From positions 276 through 64,275 of IMG/VR virus record IMGVR_UViG_3300033150_001531: a stretch of DNA of 64,000 nt. One strand, written 5' to 3'. The position numbers and the translations under genes were made by a program. The notes beneath the pieces were generated by a model. The model was not told where the DNA came from. It saw only the letters and a program-made list of their open reading frames with translations, and searched no databases. Each line of letters opens with the position of its first letter. Within the stretch, counting starts at the first letter, position 1. The stretch comes from a virus. Taxonomy: Duplodnaviria; Caudoviricetes. Positions 44,726 through 54,546 of this stretch are shown one piece after another.

Positions 44726-47419
44726 TTAAAACCTTCCTGTATTTCCTTTCCCTAATAACGTTGCACCAAGCCTCCGGGCGGACGAAATGTTAGATTGCGC
44801 TTCAGAGTGCGTCATTCTTAACATTCCACCATTTTGTGCTGCACCTTCTTTGACTAAAACTCCCGGGGGCATACTCGTAAGTGTGTTTATTGCACCAACA
44901 AGATTTGTTGTTGCATTCATTAAACCCATTTGCACTTTTATTTGCGATTCATCAAATGCGAACTCGGGGATTTTTTCTTCGCCGCCAGCAGCAGTAGCAC
45001 TTACTCCTGCACCTTGAGTGCCTTTACCACTTAACATAACACCTAAAGCTATTGCAGCAGTCCCAACAGCTATTAACTTCGCACCTTCTGCAATCATTCG
45101 GATATTTTTAGTTAAAATTCCCATAAACAAATTTATTGTACCAATCATTACAGCGTATTGGCCCCAATAAATTAACGCTTGTCCGACAAAATTCTTAATA
45201 GCTTTTAAAAGGCCTTCACCAAAAGAAGCAGTACCACTAAATGCATCAGTTATTGCCTGCGCTACCGCCGATGCTGTAGCTAATAGCAAATCAGAAGTAA
45301 CATCTTTTACAGATTTCATTGTCGCCTTCAAAAGCCTTGATAAACTTATTACGTTGTCTTTTGCATTATCTAAAAAATCCCTAAAATCCACATTAAAGAT
45401 TTTAAAAAAGTCAGTAAAAGACAATTTTAACCTATTCATAAAATTATCTATAACATTAGTTAATTTCGTATCAAAAATTCCAATTAACGCTCTCTTTAAC
45501 GTGTTTGCATCAATGGTTAATTTATCTATCTCAGAACCGAATTTTTCAATCAATAAAAGAGCTTTCTCTCTTTGCTCCATTTGTCCACTAGCTTCAAGAT
45601 TTAATTCTGCAAACATTAAAGCTCCACGCATACGGCGTAAAGATTTTATTCTATCCTCGATAATTATAAGCTCTTTATTTACTTGTTTTATTATATCTAA
45701 CGTTGTTGTCCCTGCGATGGTTCCTTCTTGCGCCATACGCATTTGACGCATAAGCGCAGTTAATGTTTTATGTCGTGCGATGCTGAGCTTTAATACAGCG
45801 TTTGCTGCACTAAATAATTCTGTATAATCATAAAGGGAATCAATGTTTGTAACTAATAAAGCATCTAAATCCAGTTGTGCTTCTTTAAATTGCTTTGTAA
45901 ACTCTGCTGCTTCTGAAATTGCAGGAGTAAAATATCTATAAAAAGCCTCACTTGCATCTTTTACTATATCTTGTTTAAAGAAATCTGAAAACGCTTTAAA
46001 TAAATCTCCTTTTGCACTAAGAGTGTCTTCCCAAAAAGTACGGAAAACAGGACCTAATTTCGTGCTAAGTTCTTCGAAAAGTCCTGTGAAAATATTTGAT
46101 AATGCAGCTTTTGCTCCAAGAAGCATCAAAGGGTTTTTAGGATCCAAATACACATTGTAAAGAGCTTCACCGACTTTAAAAAGTCTTCCACCCAATACAT
46201 GTAAAAGAGTCAAGACTCCACGAATCAGTGTTGGAACATTTCCTAGTACATACATAAAGAAGACAAATAAAGGTTTAAGTGCGTGAAAAACATCGTTAAT
46301 CCAAAAAATAACCTTAACTAATTTAATACCTAGTTTATCTATTGAACTATTTAATGCACGCAATAAACCTGCTACACTAAATTCTGTATGCTGCCCAAGA
46401 ATAAGATCTAGTATAATTTGACCTAAAGCTTTTAATAATGCTCCAATCTTAAATGTTACTTGCGTGACGAGAATTTCATTCTTCTTCAAAACATCAAGAA
46501 CGTGCAACATAAAGGCTTTTAAATCATCCATGATAAAGCCAAAAGCTTGCAGTGAGAAAGTTGTAAACAGCGATTTAAAAGTTGCGCCAATTCCTTGCCA
46601 TGTTTGTGCTAATCTAACAGACGCCTGATCAAAACCTTTGAATTTTTCAGTGAAAGCTGCAACAGCATCTCGCGATTTTTCTAAAGGTTTTAAAAAATTC
46701 TGCACACCCTGAGTATTTTTAAAAATCAATTTCCCCACAAGACTTGTATTTCTAAGCGTTTGAGCAAAGATTCCACGAATTTCTTCTGAAATCTGACGAG
46801 TTCTATCTTGCCCAACAGTCACAGAAGCAATAGCATTTGAGAGTAGAATAGCTAAATCAACCATTTCACCTTCAGTGCGTACATATTTACGGGCACCAGA
46901 GGAAAGTAAAACTTGATAAGCCAAAGCAATTTCATCTATTGTAGCAATAGTTTCTTTATTACGTGCAATAATCTCAAGCATTACGTTTTGAGCTATATCA
47001 CCAGCTATTTTAAAATTCTCTCCAACATCTCGACTAAATCGTGCTGTTGTAGCCAAAACCGCCTGCATACTAACAACGCGCATCTCAAAATCTGCAACAG
47101 CTTTTGCGGCTTCTGTTATTGTAAATCCTAAAGCACGCATTCCTGCCTCAAGAGGTACAATAGTAGTATTCCAAATAGCCAACACACCAACCATCGAAAC
47201 TGATGCTTTTAGTAATGTACCACCTATTGCCTTAGCACTAAACACTGAAGAGCGAGCGAATCTTTTATGTGCACGAGTTAATCTATCAATTCTTCTTCTA
47301 TAAGAATCAGCTCTACGCTCAGAAGCTTTTAGAGATCTATCCATTCTTCTAAGACCTCTAACAGCAGCTTCTTCTTTAATGATAATTTTTACTACTATTG
47401 CTCTATCACTTATTGGCAT
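44726..47419 (-). CDS. tape measure protein
   Basis: 897 aa, alpha-helical, A/L-rich, follows the chaperone. Confidence 0.88.
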   Translation of the reverse strand: MPISDRAIVVKIIIKEEAAVRGLRRMDRSLKASERRADSYRRRIDRLTRAHKRFARSSVFSAKAIGGTLLKASVSMVGVLAIWNTTIVPLEAGMRALGFTITEAAKAVADFEMRVVSMQAVLATTARFSRDVGENFKIAGDIAQNVMLEIIARNKETIATIDEIALAYQVLLSSGARKYVRTEGEMVDLAILLSNAIASVTVGQDRTRQISEEIRGIFAQTLRNTSLVGKLIFKNTQGVQNFLKPLEKSRDAVAAFTEKFKGFDQASVRLAQTWQGIGATFKSLFTTFSLQAFGFIMDDLKAFMLHVLDVLKKNEILVTQVTFKIGALLKALGQIILDLILGQHTEFSVAGLLRALNSSIDKLGIKLVKVIFWINDVFHALKPLFVFFMYVLGNVPTLIRGVLTLLHVLGGRLFKVGEALYNVYLDPKNPLMLLGAKAALSNIFTGLFEELSTKLGPVFRTFWEDTLSAKGDLFKAFSDFFKQDIVKDASEAFYRYFTPAISEAAEFTKQFKEAQLDLDALLVTNIDSLYDYTELFSAANAVLKLSIARHKTLTALMRQMRMAQEGTIAGTTTLDIIKQVNKELIIIEDRIKSLRRMRGALMFAELNLEASGQMEQREKALLLIEKFGSEIDKLTIDANTLKRALIGIFDTKLTNVIDNFMNRLKLSFTDFFKIFNVDFRDFLDNAKDNVISLSRLLKATMKSVKDVTSDLLLATASAVAQAITDAFSGTASFGEGLLKAIKNFVGQALIYWGQYAVMIGTINLFMGILTKNIRMIAEGAKLIAVGTAAIALGVMLSGKGTQGAGVSATAAGGEEKIPEFAFDESQIKVQMGLMNATTNLVGAINTLTSMPPGVLVKEGAAQNGGMLRMTHSEAQSNISSARRLGATLLGKGNTGRF

Positions 47420-47421
47420 TT

Positions 47422-47829
47422 TTACTTTCTTCTTATATTAGCTTTAGCTTTAATACTTGCACTTTGAGCATTTTGATCTCTTCTCATTTCATACGCTTTA
47501 AATGCTTCAAATTTCCCAATTTCATCTTTAAGAATAACTAAACCTACAATATCATTATAAGATAGTTTATGAACCCACGGAATAATCCCTAAAGCCTCTT
47601 TAATGCTATAAAGCCAAATTATACGCTCTGCGAAAGGTAGTAATTCAAAACAGTTATAAAATTCACAAAACTCTTCGACTCTAGTCTTAACATTTTCTGA
47701 TAAACTTATGTTTGCAGTTGCTTCATTTGGATTAAAATCAGCATAAATTTCATCAGAAGTTCCATAAGGTGATCGATCTTCCGGGGAGCTATCCCATACA
47801 ATCCCCCGGAAGATCGCTCTCAGTTTTTT
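47422..47829 (-). CDS. -1 frameshift extension of the tail assembly chaperone (gpGT-like; not in ORF track)
   Basis: Open -1 frame LRAIFRGIVWDSSPED...KANIRRK without an ATG, ending 3 nt before the TMP start; slippery site A AAA AAC at 47829-47823. Confidence 0.85.
   Translation of the reverse strand, partial: KKLRAIFRGIVWDSSPEDRSPYGTSDEIYADFNPNEATANISLSENVKTRVEEFCEFYNCFELLPFAERIIWLYSIKEALGIIPWVHKLSYNDIVGLVILKDEIGKFEAFKAYEMRRDQNAQSASIKAKANIRRK
47774..47816 (-). other. frameshift-stimulatory stem-loop
   Basis: 13-bp perfect stem CGATCTTCCGGGG/CCCCGGAAGATCG, 17-nt loop, 6 nt after the slippery heptamer. Confidence 0.85.
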
Positions 47830-48218
47830 TCTAACTCAGTTTGTTCACCTTCAAGAATGTCTAAGAAATCTGAAGTAAATTGGTCGCAATGAAGTAAAAC
47901 TTTTGGATCATTTGCGAAATATTTTTGCTTCCATTGAGGATCCAAATTTCCTTTCTCATCCTTCGGTAAATCGTCATATCCTTCTACACTGACGCAACAA
48001 CGATTCCAAAGCCAAATTTTAGCTGTAGAAACTTTGTGTGTAAGTTTTTTACCACGCATATGAAGAGCTTTCTGTTCGTATTCATCTCGCTCTTCGGCAG
48101 TAGGTAATCTGAAGGTGTGAAAAACTGTAATGTATTCAATATGGCCTTCATTACTAGCACAAGGAAATTTACGTCCAATTTTAAATTGATCAACTCCACG
48201 ACTTTTAGTAAATCCCAT
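47820..48218 (-). CDS. tail assembly chaperone (gpG-like)
   Basis: Between tail tube and TMP; ends at the slippery site. Confidence 0.82.
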   Translation of the reverse strand: MGFTKSRGVDQFKIGRKFPCASNEGHIEYITVFHTFRLPTAEERDEYEQKALHMRGKKLTHKVSTAKIWLWNRCCVSVEGYDDLPKDEKGNLDPQWKQKYFANDPKVLLHCDQFTSDFLDILEGEQTELEKN

Positions 48219-48244
48219 TTTTCGTATCTCCTTTTTTAATTAAA

Positions 48245-48286
48245 GATTTAAGATTTAAGATTTAAGATTTAAGATTTAAGATTTAA
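48245..48286 (-). repeat. 6 x heptamer TTAAATC
   Basis: Read directly (GATTTAA on +). Confidence 0.9.
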
Positions 48287-48288
48287 GA

Positions 48289-49317
48289 TTAAGTAGACTT
48301 CAAATACTCAGCAACACCATTCATAACAATCAACTTCACTGGAGAGCTTTCGGTAGAATCATAAAAAGCGTCAAACTGCAATTCAAGCGTATCTCGCATC
48401 CCATCAAATCCTGGGGTAATATTGCCTAACTCACATTTAGGCAATTCAATTTGAATACTACGTGTTGCAGATTTTTCAACATACGCCTTAACCATCAACG
48501 TAGCTCCATCAATCAAATAATCCCACTGCGCATCGCCTTGATGACCTTGAACAGTTACATTAAAAGTAATTTGTCTTTCACCAAATCTTAACTCACTTAA
48601 ATAAATCCCAGCAGCACCAATATTAGACCTTGCATCTCCACGATCAAGGTTATTATTGATTGAGAAGTTTAACCCTCTAAAAATGCTACTATAATTAGTA
48701 TAAGTTCCTCCATAAGGTCCTATACTAAAAGTTGTATTTGCACCAGTTACAAAATCAGATGAAGTAAATGATGTCGGAAAAGTATAAGAACTTGCATCTA
48801 CTTGTTCACCATCAGTATACAAAGTACCTGTTACAGGTAGCCAACCTTGAGAATCAATGTTAATAGTTAATTCATTGATCATAACACCATTAAATTGTAG
48901 ATAACTTGCTGTATCCCCCAAGAATCCAGTAATTACGCTTGTGCTTGGAAGAGCATCTTTACCGCTTGCGCAAGCATCTTGCATAGTGATTGTATGCTCA
49001 AAATCACTTGATCCTGAAGTAGAAACTTCGCCACAAGCAAAAGCAAGAAGCAATCCCATAACTTCAAGGCTTGATGGAAAATTGAACGGGATTTCTGCAT
49101 CTTGCGCTACAAGAATACGTTTTCCAGTATCTTCAGGCCATTCATGCCCTTTAAGGAAGGATGCATCATCTACAAATTCAAGTGTAGGATCTATTAAAGC
49201 AGGTTCTTGCAACTCAAACATTTGATCAATATAAGAAGCGGCGTCTAAACTATTACCATAAGAGGCTTCTTTATAGACCGACATTGCCATTCGATTACAA
49301 AATGGTCTAGTTCCCAT
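48289..49317 (-). CDS. major tail tube protein
   Basis: LAFACGEVSTSG...HTIT, FSINNNL, GERQITFNVTV; position. Confidence 0.82.
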   Translation of the reverse strand: MGTRPFCNRMAMSVYKEASYGNSLDAASYIDQMFELQEPALIDPTLEFVDDASFLKGHEWPEDTGKRILVAQDAEIPFNFPSSLEVMGLLLAFACGEVSTSGSSDFEHTITMQDACASGKDALPSTSVITGFLGDTASYLQFNGVMINELTINIDSQGWLPVTGTLYTDGEQVDASSYTFPTSFTSSDFVTGANTTFSIGPYGGTYTNYSSIFRGLNFSINNNLDRGDARSNIGAAGIYLSELRFGERQITFNVTVQGHQGDAQWDYLIDGATLMVKAYVEKSATRSIQIELPKCELGNITPGFDGMRDTLELQFDAFYDSTESSPVKLIVMNGVAEYLKST

Positions 49318-49394
49318 AATTAAAATCTCCTTTAAAAGTTTTGTTGACGTTTATTAAGTAGTCAACGAAAGTAACAGCACTAAAAAAAAATTGT

Positions 49395-49751
49395 TTAGAT
49401 ATTTCTTTCTTCTTCTTCTTCTTCTTCTTCTTCTTCTTCTTCTTCTTCTTCTTCTTCTTCTTCTTCTTCTTCTTCTTCTTCTTCTTCTTCTTCTTCTTCT
49501 TCCTTATTTCCTAATTCTAATTCTTTTTCTAATTCTTCAATCTTTAGAAGCAAAGGCATTTTAGGTTTAATCTCTTTCTCTTCAACCAACTCCATATTCC
49601 CTAATCTAATTACATCATTTAACACATTAACACCAACTTCAAATTCATCTTTTTCTGCTGGAAACGTCATATGAGGCACATTCCCACTAGAAATAAAAGT
49701 TATTTTAGGTTTACCTTCTTTTCTTCTAACCTTAAAAGTTACTTTAGGCAT
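49395..49751 (-). CDS. hypothetical protein with C-terminal poly-Glu(32)
   Basis: (GAA)32 at 49407-49502. Confidence 0.65.
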   Translation of the reverse strand: MPKVTFKVRRKEGKPKITFISSGNVPHMTFPAEKDEFEVGVNVLNDVIRLGNMELVEEKEIKPKMPLLLKIEELEKELELGNKEEEEEEEEEEEEEEEEEEEEEEEEEEEEEEEERNI

Positions 49752-49762
49752 AACAAAAATCC

Positions 49763-50305
49763 TTATTTCTTATAATACGCGTAGCCATATTTAACTTCTA
49801 CTTTAAAGCCTTGCTTTCTGAAATTCTTAACAATAACATTAACTAATCCTATCCCAATAATATAAGCTATTTTCCGTGCAAGAAGTTCCATATTTGCGCC
49901 ATCAGCATCATAAACATCTTCAAGTGCTTTAGTAATACTCCCTTTAATTTTAACTACTCTATTCCAGTATTTAGGATTTGTGTATATTCTTGAACGAAAT
50001 CTAACTTCGCCTGAACTTTTAATTATTGGAAAGGCTCTAGCAGTTTTAGGTCTTAAACCACCTTCAGGAACAAAAATTTCTCTATCAACGGCCCTGAAGA
50101 CTGCTGCTTTACCGAACGCTTTTAAAGCTGCTTCTGGATTTTTCGCATAGTGTTTAATATGTAATTGAATTGGACTACCGCGCATTTGAGCATTAGCTTT
50201 CGCTTTTGCTTCACGCGCTGTTTTACTGAGCCATTTATTTGCGTATTGTTCAACTTCACGCGCGACATCTTTAAAATCAAGGCCAAAATTAAAATCAGAA
50301 GCCAT
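49763..50305 (-). CDS. neck / tail completion protein (putative)
   Basis: Basic protein in the head-tail joining position. Confidence 0.5.
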   Translation of the reverse strand: MASDFNFGLDFKDVAREVEQYANKWLSKTAREAKAKANAQMRGSPIQLHIKHYAKNPEAALKAFGKAAVFRAVDREIFVPEGGLRPKTARAFPIIKSSGEVRFRSRIYTNPKYWNRVVKIKGSITKALEDVYDADGANMELLARKIAYIIGIGLVNVIVKNFRKQGFKVEVKYGYAYYKK

Positions 50306-50791
50306 TTAATCCTCTACCCATTCAAAAATAAGTGGAATTGTATGCAAAGCATAATCACTAACATCATGAATATCAGAATCTTCTCGATCTTCCCCACCCA
50401 AATCAAACATAACAGGACCTATATGTGTTAAAACAACAGGATGTGTTAATCCTCTGAATTCTGCCGCAGTAGCTTCTGTAGTTAAATAACTACTTATAAT
50501 TACTTGAAGCATGTCTTCAGAATCTAACGTTATGCTTTCATCATCATAACTATGATACAATCCTAAAGTTACTGGAAATCTCCTCGATGGCAAAACACCG
50601 AAAAGAGTCAAATCTATATCTTCATTTCCTCTTTCAATACAAATAACAGGCAATTCATCCCAATGATTATAAGGATTTACCCAATGTCTGTAGACTGTAA
50701 ATTCTAATTTAGAATTTCCACTGGGGTCAGGATTTAAAGCCTCTAAATCCGTTTTTAGTTTTTCAAGAATTTCTCTTCTAACACTAGCCAT
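50306..50791 (-). CDS. tail terminator-like protein
   Basis: SVRREILEKLKTDL...ELPVICI; acidic; position. Confidence 0.6.
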   Translation of the reverse strand: MASVRREILEKLKTDLEALNPDPSGNSKLEFTVYRHWVNPYNHWDELPVICIERGNEDIDLTLFGVLPSRRFPVTLGLYHSYDDESITLDSEDMLQVIISSYLTTEATAAEFRGLTHPVVLTHIGPVMFDLGGEDREDSDIHDVSDYALHTIPLIFEWVED

Positions 50792-51243
50792 TATGAATCC
50801 TCGGATTCAGCATTTGAAATCACATCTTGATTCACTTCTGGATGATCATGTATATTTCTACTAAAGGATGCTTGTGTTAAATCAGTATCATCACGATTAG
50901 CTTTTTTAGCAGCTTCACTAATACTTGGCATTATAAACCCTGTTCCACCAGATTCTAATGTAGCTTTCATGCGGAATTTACGGGCTAATTTTGCATAATC
51001 TGATGCTGTAGACGCAAAATTGATAGCTGTAACTCCACCACGCCGATGTTTAATTTTCGCAAATTTTGCGCTTAAATGCTCACAAATTGTTGCAGCCGCA
51101 GAATATACGTTATCGCCAACTAAATCTAAAATCGCTTCTATAGTCTCATCATCTACTTGTTTTTGATTACTTTCAATATCCCCAATGTAGAAACGTACTT
51201 TATCTTTGTTTGTTGGTAAATTTTCATTAAAGGAAAAAGACAT
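50791..51243 (-). CDS. head-tail adaptor/connector
   Basis: DKVRFYIGD...DDETIEAIL...NVYSAAA.ICE.L. Confidence 0.75.
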   Translation of the reverse strand: MSFSFNENLPTNKDKVRFYIGDIESNQKQVDDETIEAILDLVGDNVYSAAATICEHLSAKFAKIKHRRGGVTAINFASTASDYAKLARKFRMKATLESGGTGFIMPSISEAAKKANRDDTDLTQASFSRNIHDHPEVNQDVISNAESEDS

Positions 51244-51246
51244 GAT

Positions 51247-51678
51247 TTATGCTTCCAGTTTAATAGCAGGGTCAATACAAGCTAAATATTCAGGCGTAAA
51301 AATATTAGAATCTAAATAATCTAATTTGCGTAATGCTAAAAGTGCAGCATCACCATCACCAACTTTTAATGCACGAGCATGAAATGTGTGTAATGCACGC
51401 CGAACAATTTCATCAATGTTGCCCCCAGCAATCTTGTCGAATGTTTCAATTTCAGCTAAAGAAAGATATGTTGCTTTTGGATCTACGAGTTTGAAAATTA
51501 CTAAAAGGATTGATGTAGATGCATCTTTATGATGTTCGTTCCCGTTTTTATTTTGGGCTTCGACTTCAGTTTTGGTTTTAGTTTTGGTTTTAGTTTTGGT
51601 TTTAGCCTTAACTTCAACTTTATCTCTAACCTTATCTTTATCTTTAACCTTAGTCGTTTTTATTTTTGTTGCAGTCAT
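51247..51678 (-). CDS. hypothetical protein with N-terminal (KT)n run
   Basis: ORF in the head operon. Confidence 0.55.
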   Translation of the reverse strand: MTATKIKTTKVKDKDKVRDKVEVKAKTKTKTKTKTKTEVEAQNKNGNEHHKDASTSILLVIFKLVDPKATYLSLAEIETFDKIAGGNIDEIVRRALHTFHARALKVGDGDAALLALRKLDYLDSNIFTPEYLACIDPAIKLEA

Positions 51679-51680
51679 GA

Positions 51681-52058
51681 TTAACCCGTAACGTAAACAT
51701 CATCGACGCTGCCAAGCACTTCCTTCTCAAGCCTTTCAACCTTAGTAGGATCAACATCAAGTTTTTCAGCAATTTCTCTGCGCGAGATGGGCTTACCTTC
51801 AGCAAAACAACCACCACGTTTTGCACGATGAATATGCATATAATGTACATTCTCAAATCTTCTGCCGCAATCAGGACAATTTATGCTTTCATTTAATTTT
51901 TTTCTGATGGGCACAAGATATTTCAAACCTACTAATATACTATCATTCGGTAAGCCCTCAAGCGCAATAACCTCCCCACGATCCAATACATAATTCTTCT
52001 TTGGATCAGCATGATATTTAAACGGAATAGATACGGTAACAAGTTGTCCTTTAGCCAT
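51681..52058 (-). CDS. hypothetical protein with C2H2-like zinc finger
   Basis: CPDCGRRFENVHYMHIH. Confidence 0.65.
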   Translation of the reverse strand: MAKGQLVTVSIPFKYHADPKKNYVLDRGEVIALEGLPNDSILVGLKYLVPIRKKLNESINCPDCGRRFENVHYMHIHRAKRGGCFAEGKPISRREIAEKLDVDPTKVERLEKEVLGSVDDVYVTG

Positions 52059-52121
52059 AATATAAAAACCTCGCTTTCTTTCGTTTTTTCATTAAAAGCA
52101 GAATTAAATAATAAATAATAA

Positions 52122-52156
52122 TTAACTATTAACTATTAACTATTAACTATTAACTA
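52122..52156 (-). repeat. 5 x heptamer TAGTTAA after the capsid stop
   Basis: Read directly. Confidence 0.9.
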
Positions 52157-53116
52157 TTAACTCACAGCTGCGGAGAAGAAATATCCAACGTCAGTAGCAA
52201 TCGCTTTTTGATCAAAAGCGGTATATCCTACAAGTCTGTCAGCCATTTCTTCAACAAGTCTAACTCTTCTGATAGAACTAATTGATCCAAAAACTTTCCA
52301 ATGGAAAGTATAGCCACAACTAGGTACCATAAGCCCGGGACGTGCGGGGGCATAATACAACAAGACATTCTTACCAAAAACATAACTGTAAGCTGCTGTA
52401 GCTCCATCTTGATTAGATGCATAAATTGCATTACCAATCAAAATTTTATCGAGATCAAGCAAGCTAGCAATAATATCTTTTGATAAAATTCCACGTTGTG
52501 TGTATTTAATCCGCTCAATTAACAGGGGATGATGTCGAAGTTTGCTCCAAACTTGTCTTCCAAAAAGTGCGTTACGAGCTTCAATCGCAGTAGTAGAATG
52601 AATTGTATCAACGCCGGTCTGAAAATCCAAAATAGGATTCGAAGATCCATAATTGTCCCATTGAGTAAAATCAGTCCCTCCGGTAACATCAGTTCCCCAG
52701 ACGGAAGTTGTGAAGAAATCCGAAGCCCATGCAAGTTCCCTTTTCAGCTTGAGTCTATCTACAATAAGCATCGTAGAATCTCTATCAGGCGCGAAGGGAG
52801 TATCTGCATTACCACGCACTTCATCAGGAACATCAATATGTGTAGCATATTGCAAGCAGTGATACGTCACTGCACTATCAACACGCCATCCATACCCAGT
52901 AGATTTTGTTCCCGGAGCACGAAGCTGTGCAACATTCTTAAAGAAATCTTCCTTTTTATACTTTGCTACTTGATCAGTTTGTTTATTGACCACAATAGTC
53001 GGAAAAACTTGATCAGCAACATAGCCATCATCAGGGTTCATATATGCAACGGAAACCATAGACAAAAGTCTGTCTACATGAAGATCCGCAGCACTTGGTT
53101 GAGATGTAGTAGGCAT
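52157..53116 (-). CDS. major capsid protein (HK97 fold, lambda gpE-like)
   Basis: VDRLLSMVSVAYMN...VADQVFP...W.NY..SNPI; follows scaffold and decoration genes. Confidence 0.85.
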   Translation of the reverse strand: MPTTSQPSAADLHVDRLLSMVSVAYMNPDDGYVADQVFPTIVVNKQTDQVAKYKKEDFFKNVAQLRAPGTKSTGYGWRVDSAVTYHCLQYATHIDVPDEVRGNADTPFAPDRDSTMLIVDRLKLKRELAWASDFFTTSVWGTDVTGGTDFTQWDNYGSSNPILDFQTGVDTIHSTTAIEARNALFGRQVWSKLRHHPLLIERIKYTQRGILSKDIIASLLDLDKILIGNAIYASNQDGATAAYSYVFGKNVLLYYAPARPGLMVPSCGYTFHWKVFGSISSIRRVRLVEEMADRLVGYTAFDQKAIATDVGYFFSAAVS

Positions 53117-53196
53117 TTATTATATCCTCCTAAAAGATTGTATATCTTAAATAAACATGAATAAAAAATTAAAACAAAAATACAATTAAATTAAAA

Positions 53197-53604
53197 TTAG
53201 GTTGCAGTTATTTGGAACGGCATAAAGAGACAAGGGAAAATTTCGCCTGCATTAGAAACCGCACCAAGAGCTTGTCCCCAAATATTACCACTTGTACCAG
53301 CGGTAATAGTTTCTACTACGAATTTTCCATTACTATCCGTAGTCACCCAAGCACCTAATGTAATTGTACCTCCAGCAATCGCTTTACCTACACCAAGAAT
53401 CCTAACTTTAACATCATTCCCGCTTGTATTTGGAGTCATAAGACCACCAGCAGGCGGATCAGTTACAGCAGTAGCTTTTTGTACAGTAAGCGGATTGCCA
53501 CTAGACCATTTCATAGCATAGAATTGCAAACTAGAAAGGTCTGCACCAGCTTTGGCGGACATATCCAAAACCGGAAATTCATATGGAACAGTTGTGATAG
53601 ACAT
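53197..53604 (-). CDS. capsid decoration/cement protein
   Basis: AGADLSSLQFYA...GVGKAIAGGTITLGAWVTTDSNG. Confidence 0.75.
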   Translation of the reverse strand: MSITTVPYEFPVLDMSAKAGADLSSLQFYAMKWSSGNPLTVQKATAVTDPPAGGLMTPNTSGNDVKVRILGVGKAIAGGTITLGAWVTTDSNGKFVVETITAGTSGNIWGQALGAVSNAGEIFPCLFMPFQITAT

Positions 53605-53670
53605 TTATAAAATCTCCTTCTTTATACCTTATATTTTATATTTTATATTCTACGCTTTACGCTTTACGTT

Positions 53671-54543
53671 TTACGCTTTGCGCATCCTAGAATACATGTT
53701 GTTGAGATATTCCCGATAAGCCTGAGGATGATCAGCTACAGCTTTATCAATAATTGCTGTAATATCTTTATCATTTTTATCTTTAGATTTCTCAAGTTCA
53801 GTACTGACAGTTTTAACAAGTGCTCCCAATTCATCAGCATCAAGAGCAACACTCCCGCGATCTTCAAAAAGAACACTCTTTTCAACAGTATCAGATGCAG
53901 TTTTAATTGCATCCTTCATTACTTGAGCGGCTTCTTCATCCACAGACTGAAGTTTGTAGATTTTTTCAGCAGTTTCTTTTACATTACCCGGATAAGAACT
54001 ACATTCTTTTTCAAGCCATGTAACAATACGATCAAGCGCACGTTCTTTTTCAAGAGAAGCAAGTTTCTCTTTCAAATCTTTAACCACCTCCATAGCTTTT
54101 TCATCTACAACTTTCTTCTCAACTTCAACTTCGACGGTTTTCTCGACTGTCTTCGTTTCCACCAAGTCAAGAAAGAACTGAATAGTCTTTTCAAGCTCTT
54201 CAGGAACTTCTTCAGTTTTTTTCAATTCTTGAATTACTGCATCACGAGAAATCCCTTTCTTTAGTAATTCTTGAATTTTCTTTTTCAACTCTTCATTCAT
54301 AATAAAAACATCTCCTTCTTTTTTATTTAATTTTGAATTTACATTTACATCAATGTCTTTTGACGCCCAAAAAGTACTCCCATCTTGCGGATCTATGTGA
54401 AGTGTTCCACCATCATCAGCAGTAGCAGAAGTTCCAGTTGAAGCCGAATCAATCGCTTTAGTTAATACAAAAGGCTTCAAATTAGCTGGACTTTGTACGA
54501 AAGAAACCTTTTTAACTTTTAGATTTTTCAAATACGCAGCCAT
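53671..54543 (-). CDS. capsid scaffolding protein
   Basis: N-terminal LKVKKVSFVQSPAN, then charged coiled coil; directly before decoration and capsid genes. Confidence 0.7.
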   Translation of the reverse strand: MAAYLKNLKVKKVSFVQSPANLKPFVLTKAIDSASTGTSATADDGGTLHIDPQDGSTFWASKDIDVNVNSKLNKKEGDVFIMNEELKKKIQELLKKGISRDAVIQELKKTEEVPEELEKTIQFFLDLVETKTVEKTVEVEVEKKVVDEKAMEVVKDLKEKLASLEKERALDRIVTWLEKECSSYPGNVKETAEKIYKLQSVDEEAAQVMKDAIKTASDTVEKSVLFEDRGSVALDADELGALVKTVSTELEKSKDKNDKDITAIIDKAVADHPQAYREYLNNMYSRMRKA

Positions 54544-54546
54544 AAA

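Noticed and set aside
49340-49370. Terminator between the poly-Glu gene and tail tube (GTTGAC/GTCAAC)
   Set aside because: Only a 6-bp stem with a 12-nt loop; too weak to call.
52529-53164. 211-aa + strand ORF (also 53728-54264, 45354-45746 and similar)
   Set aside because: Antisense shadows of well-supported structural genes; no SD or recognisable motifs.
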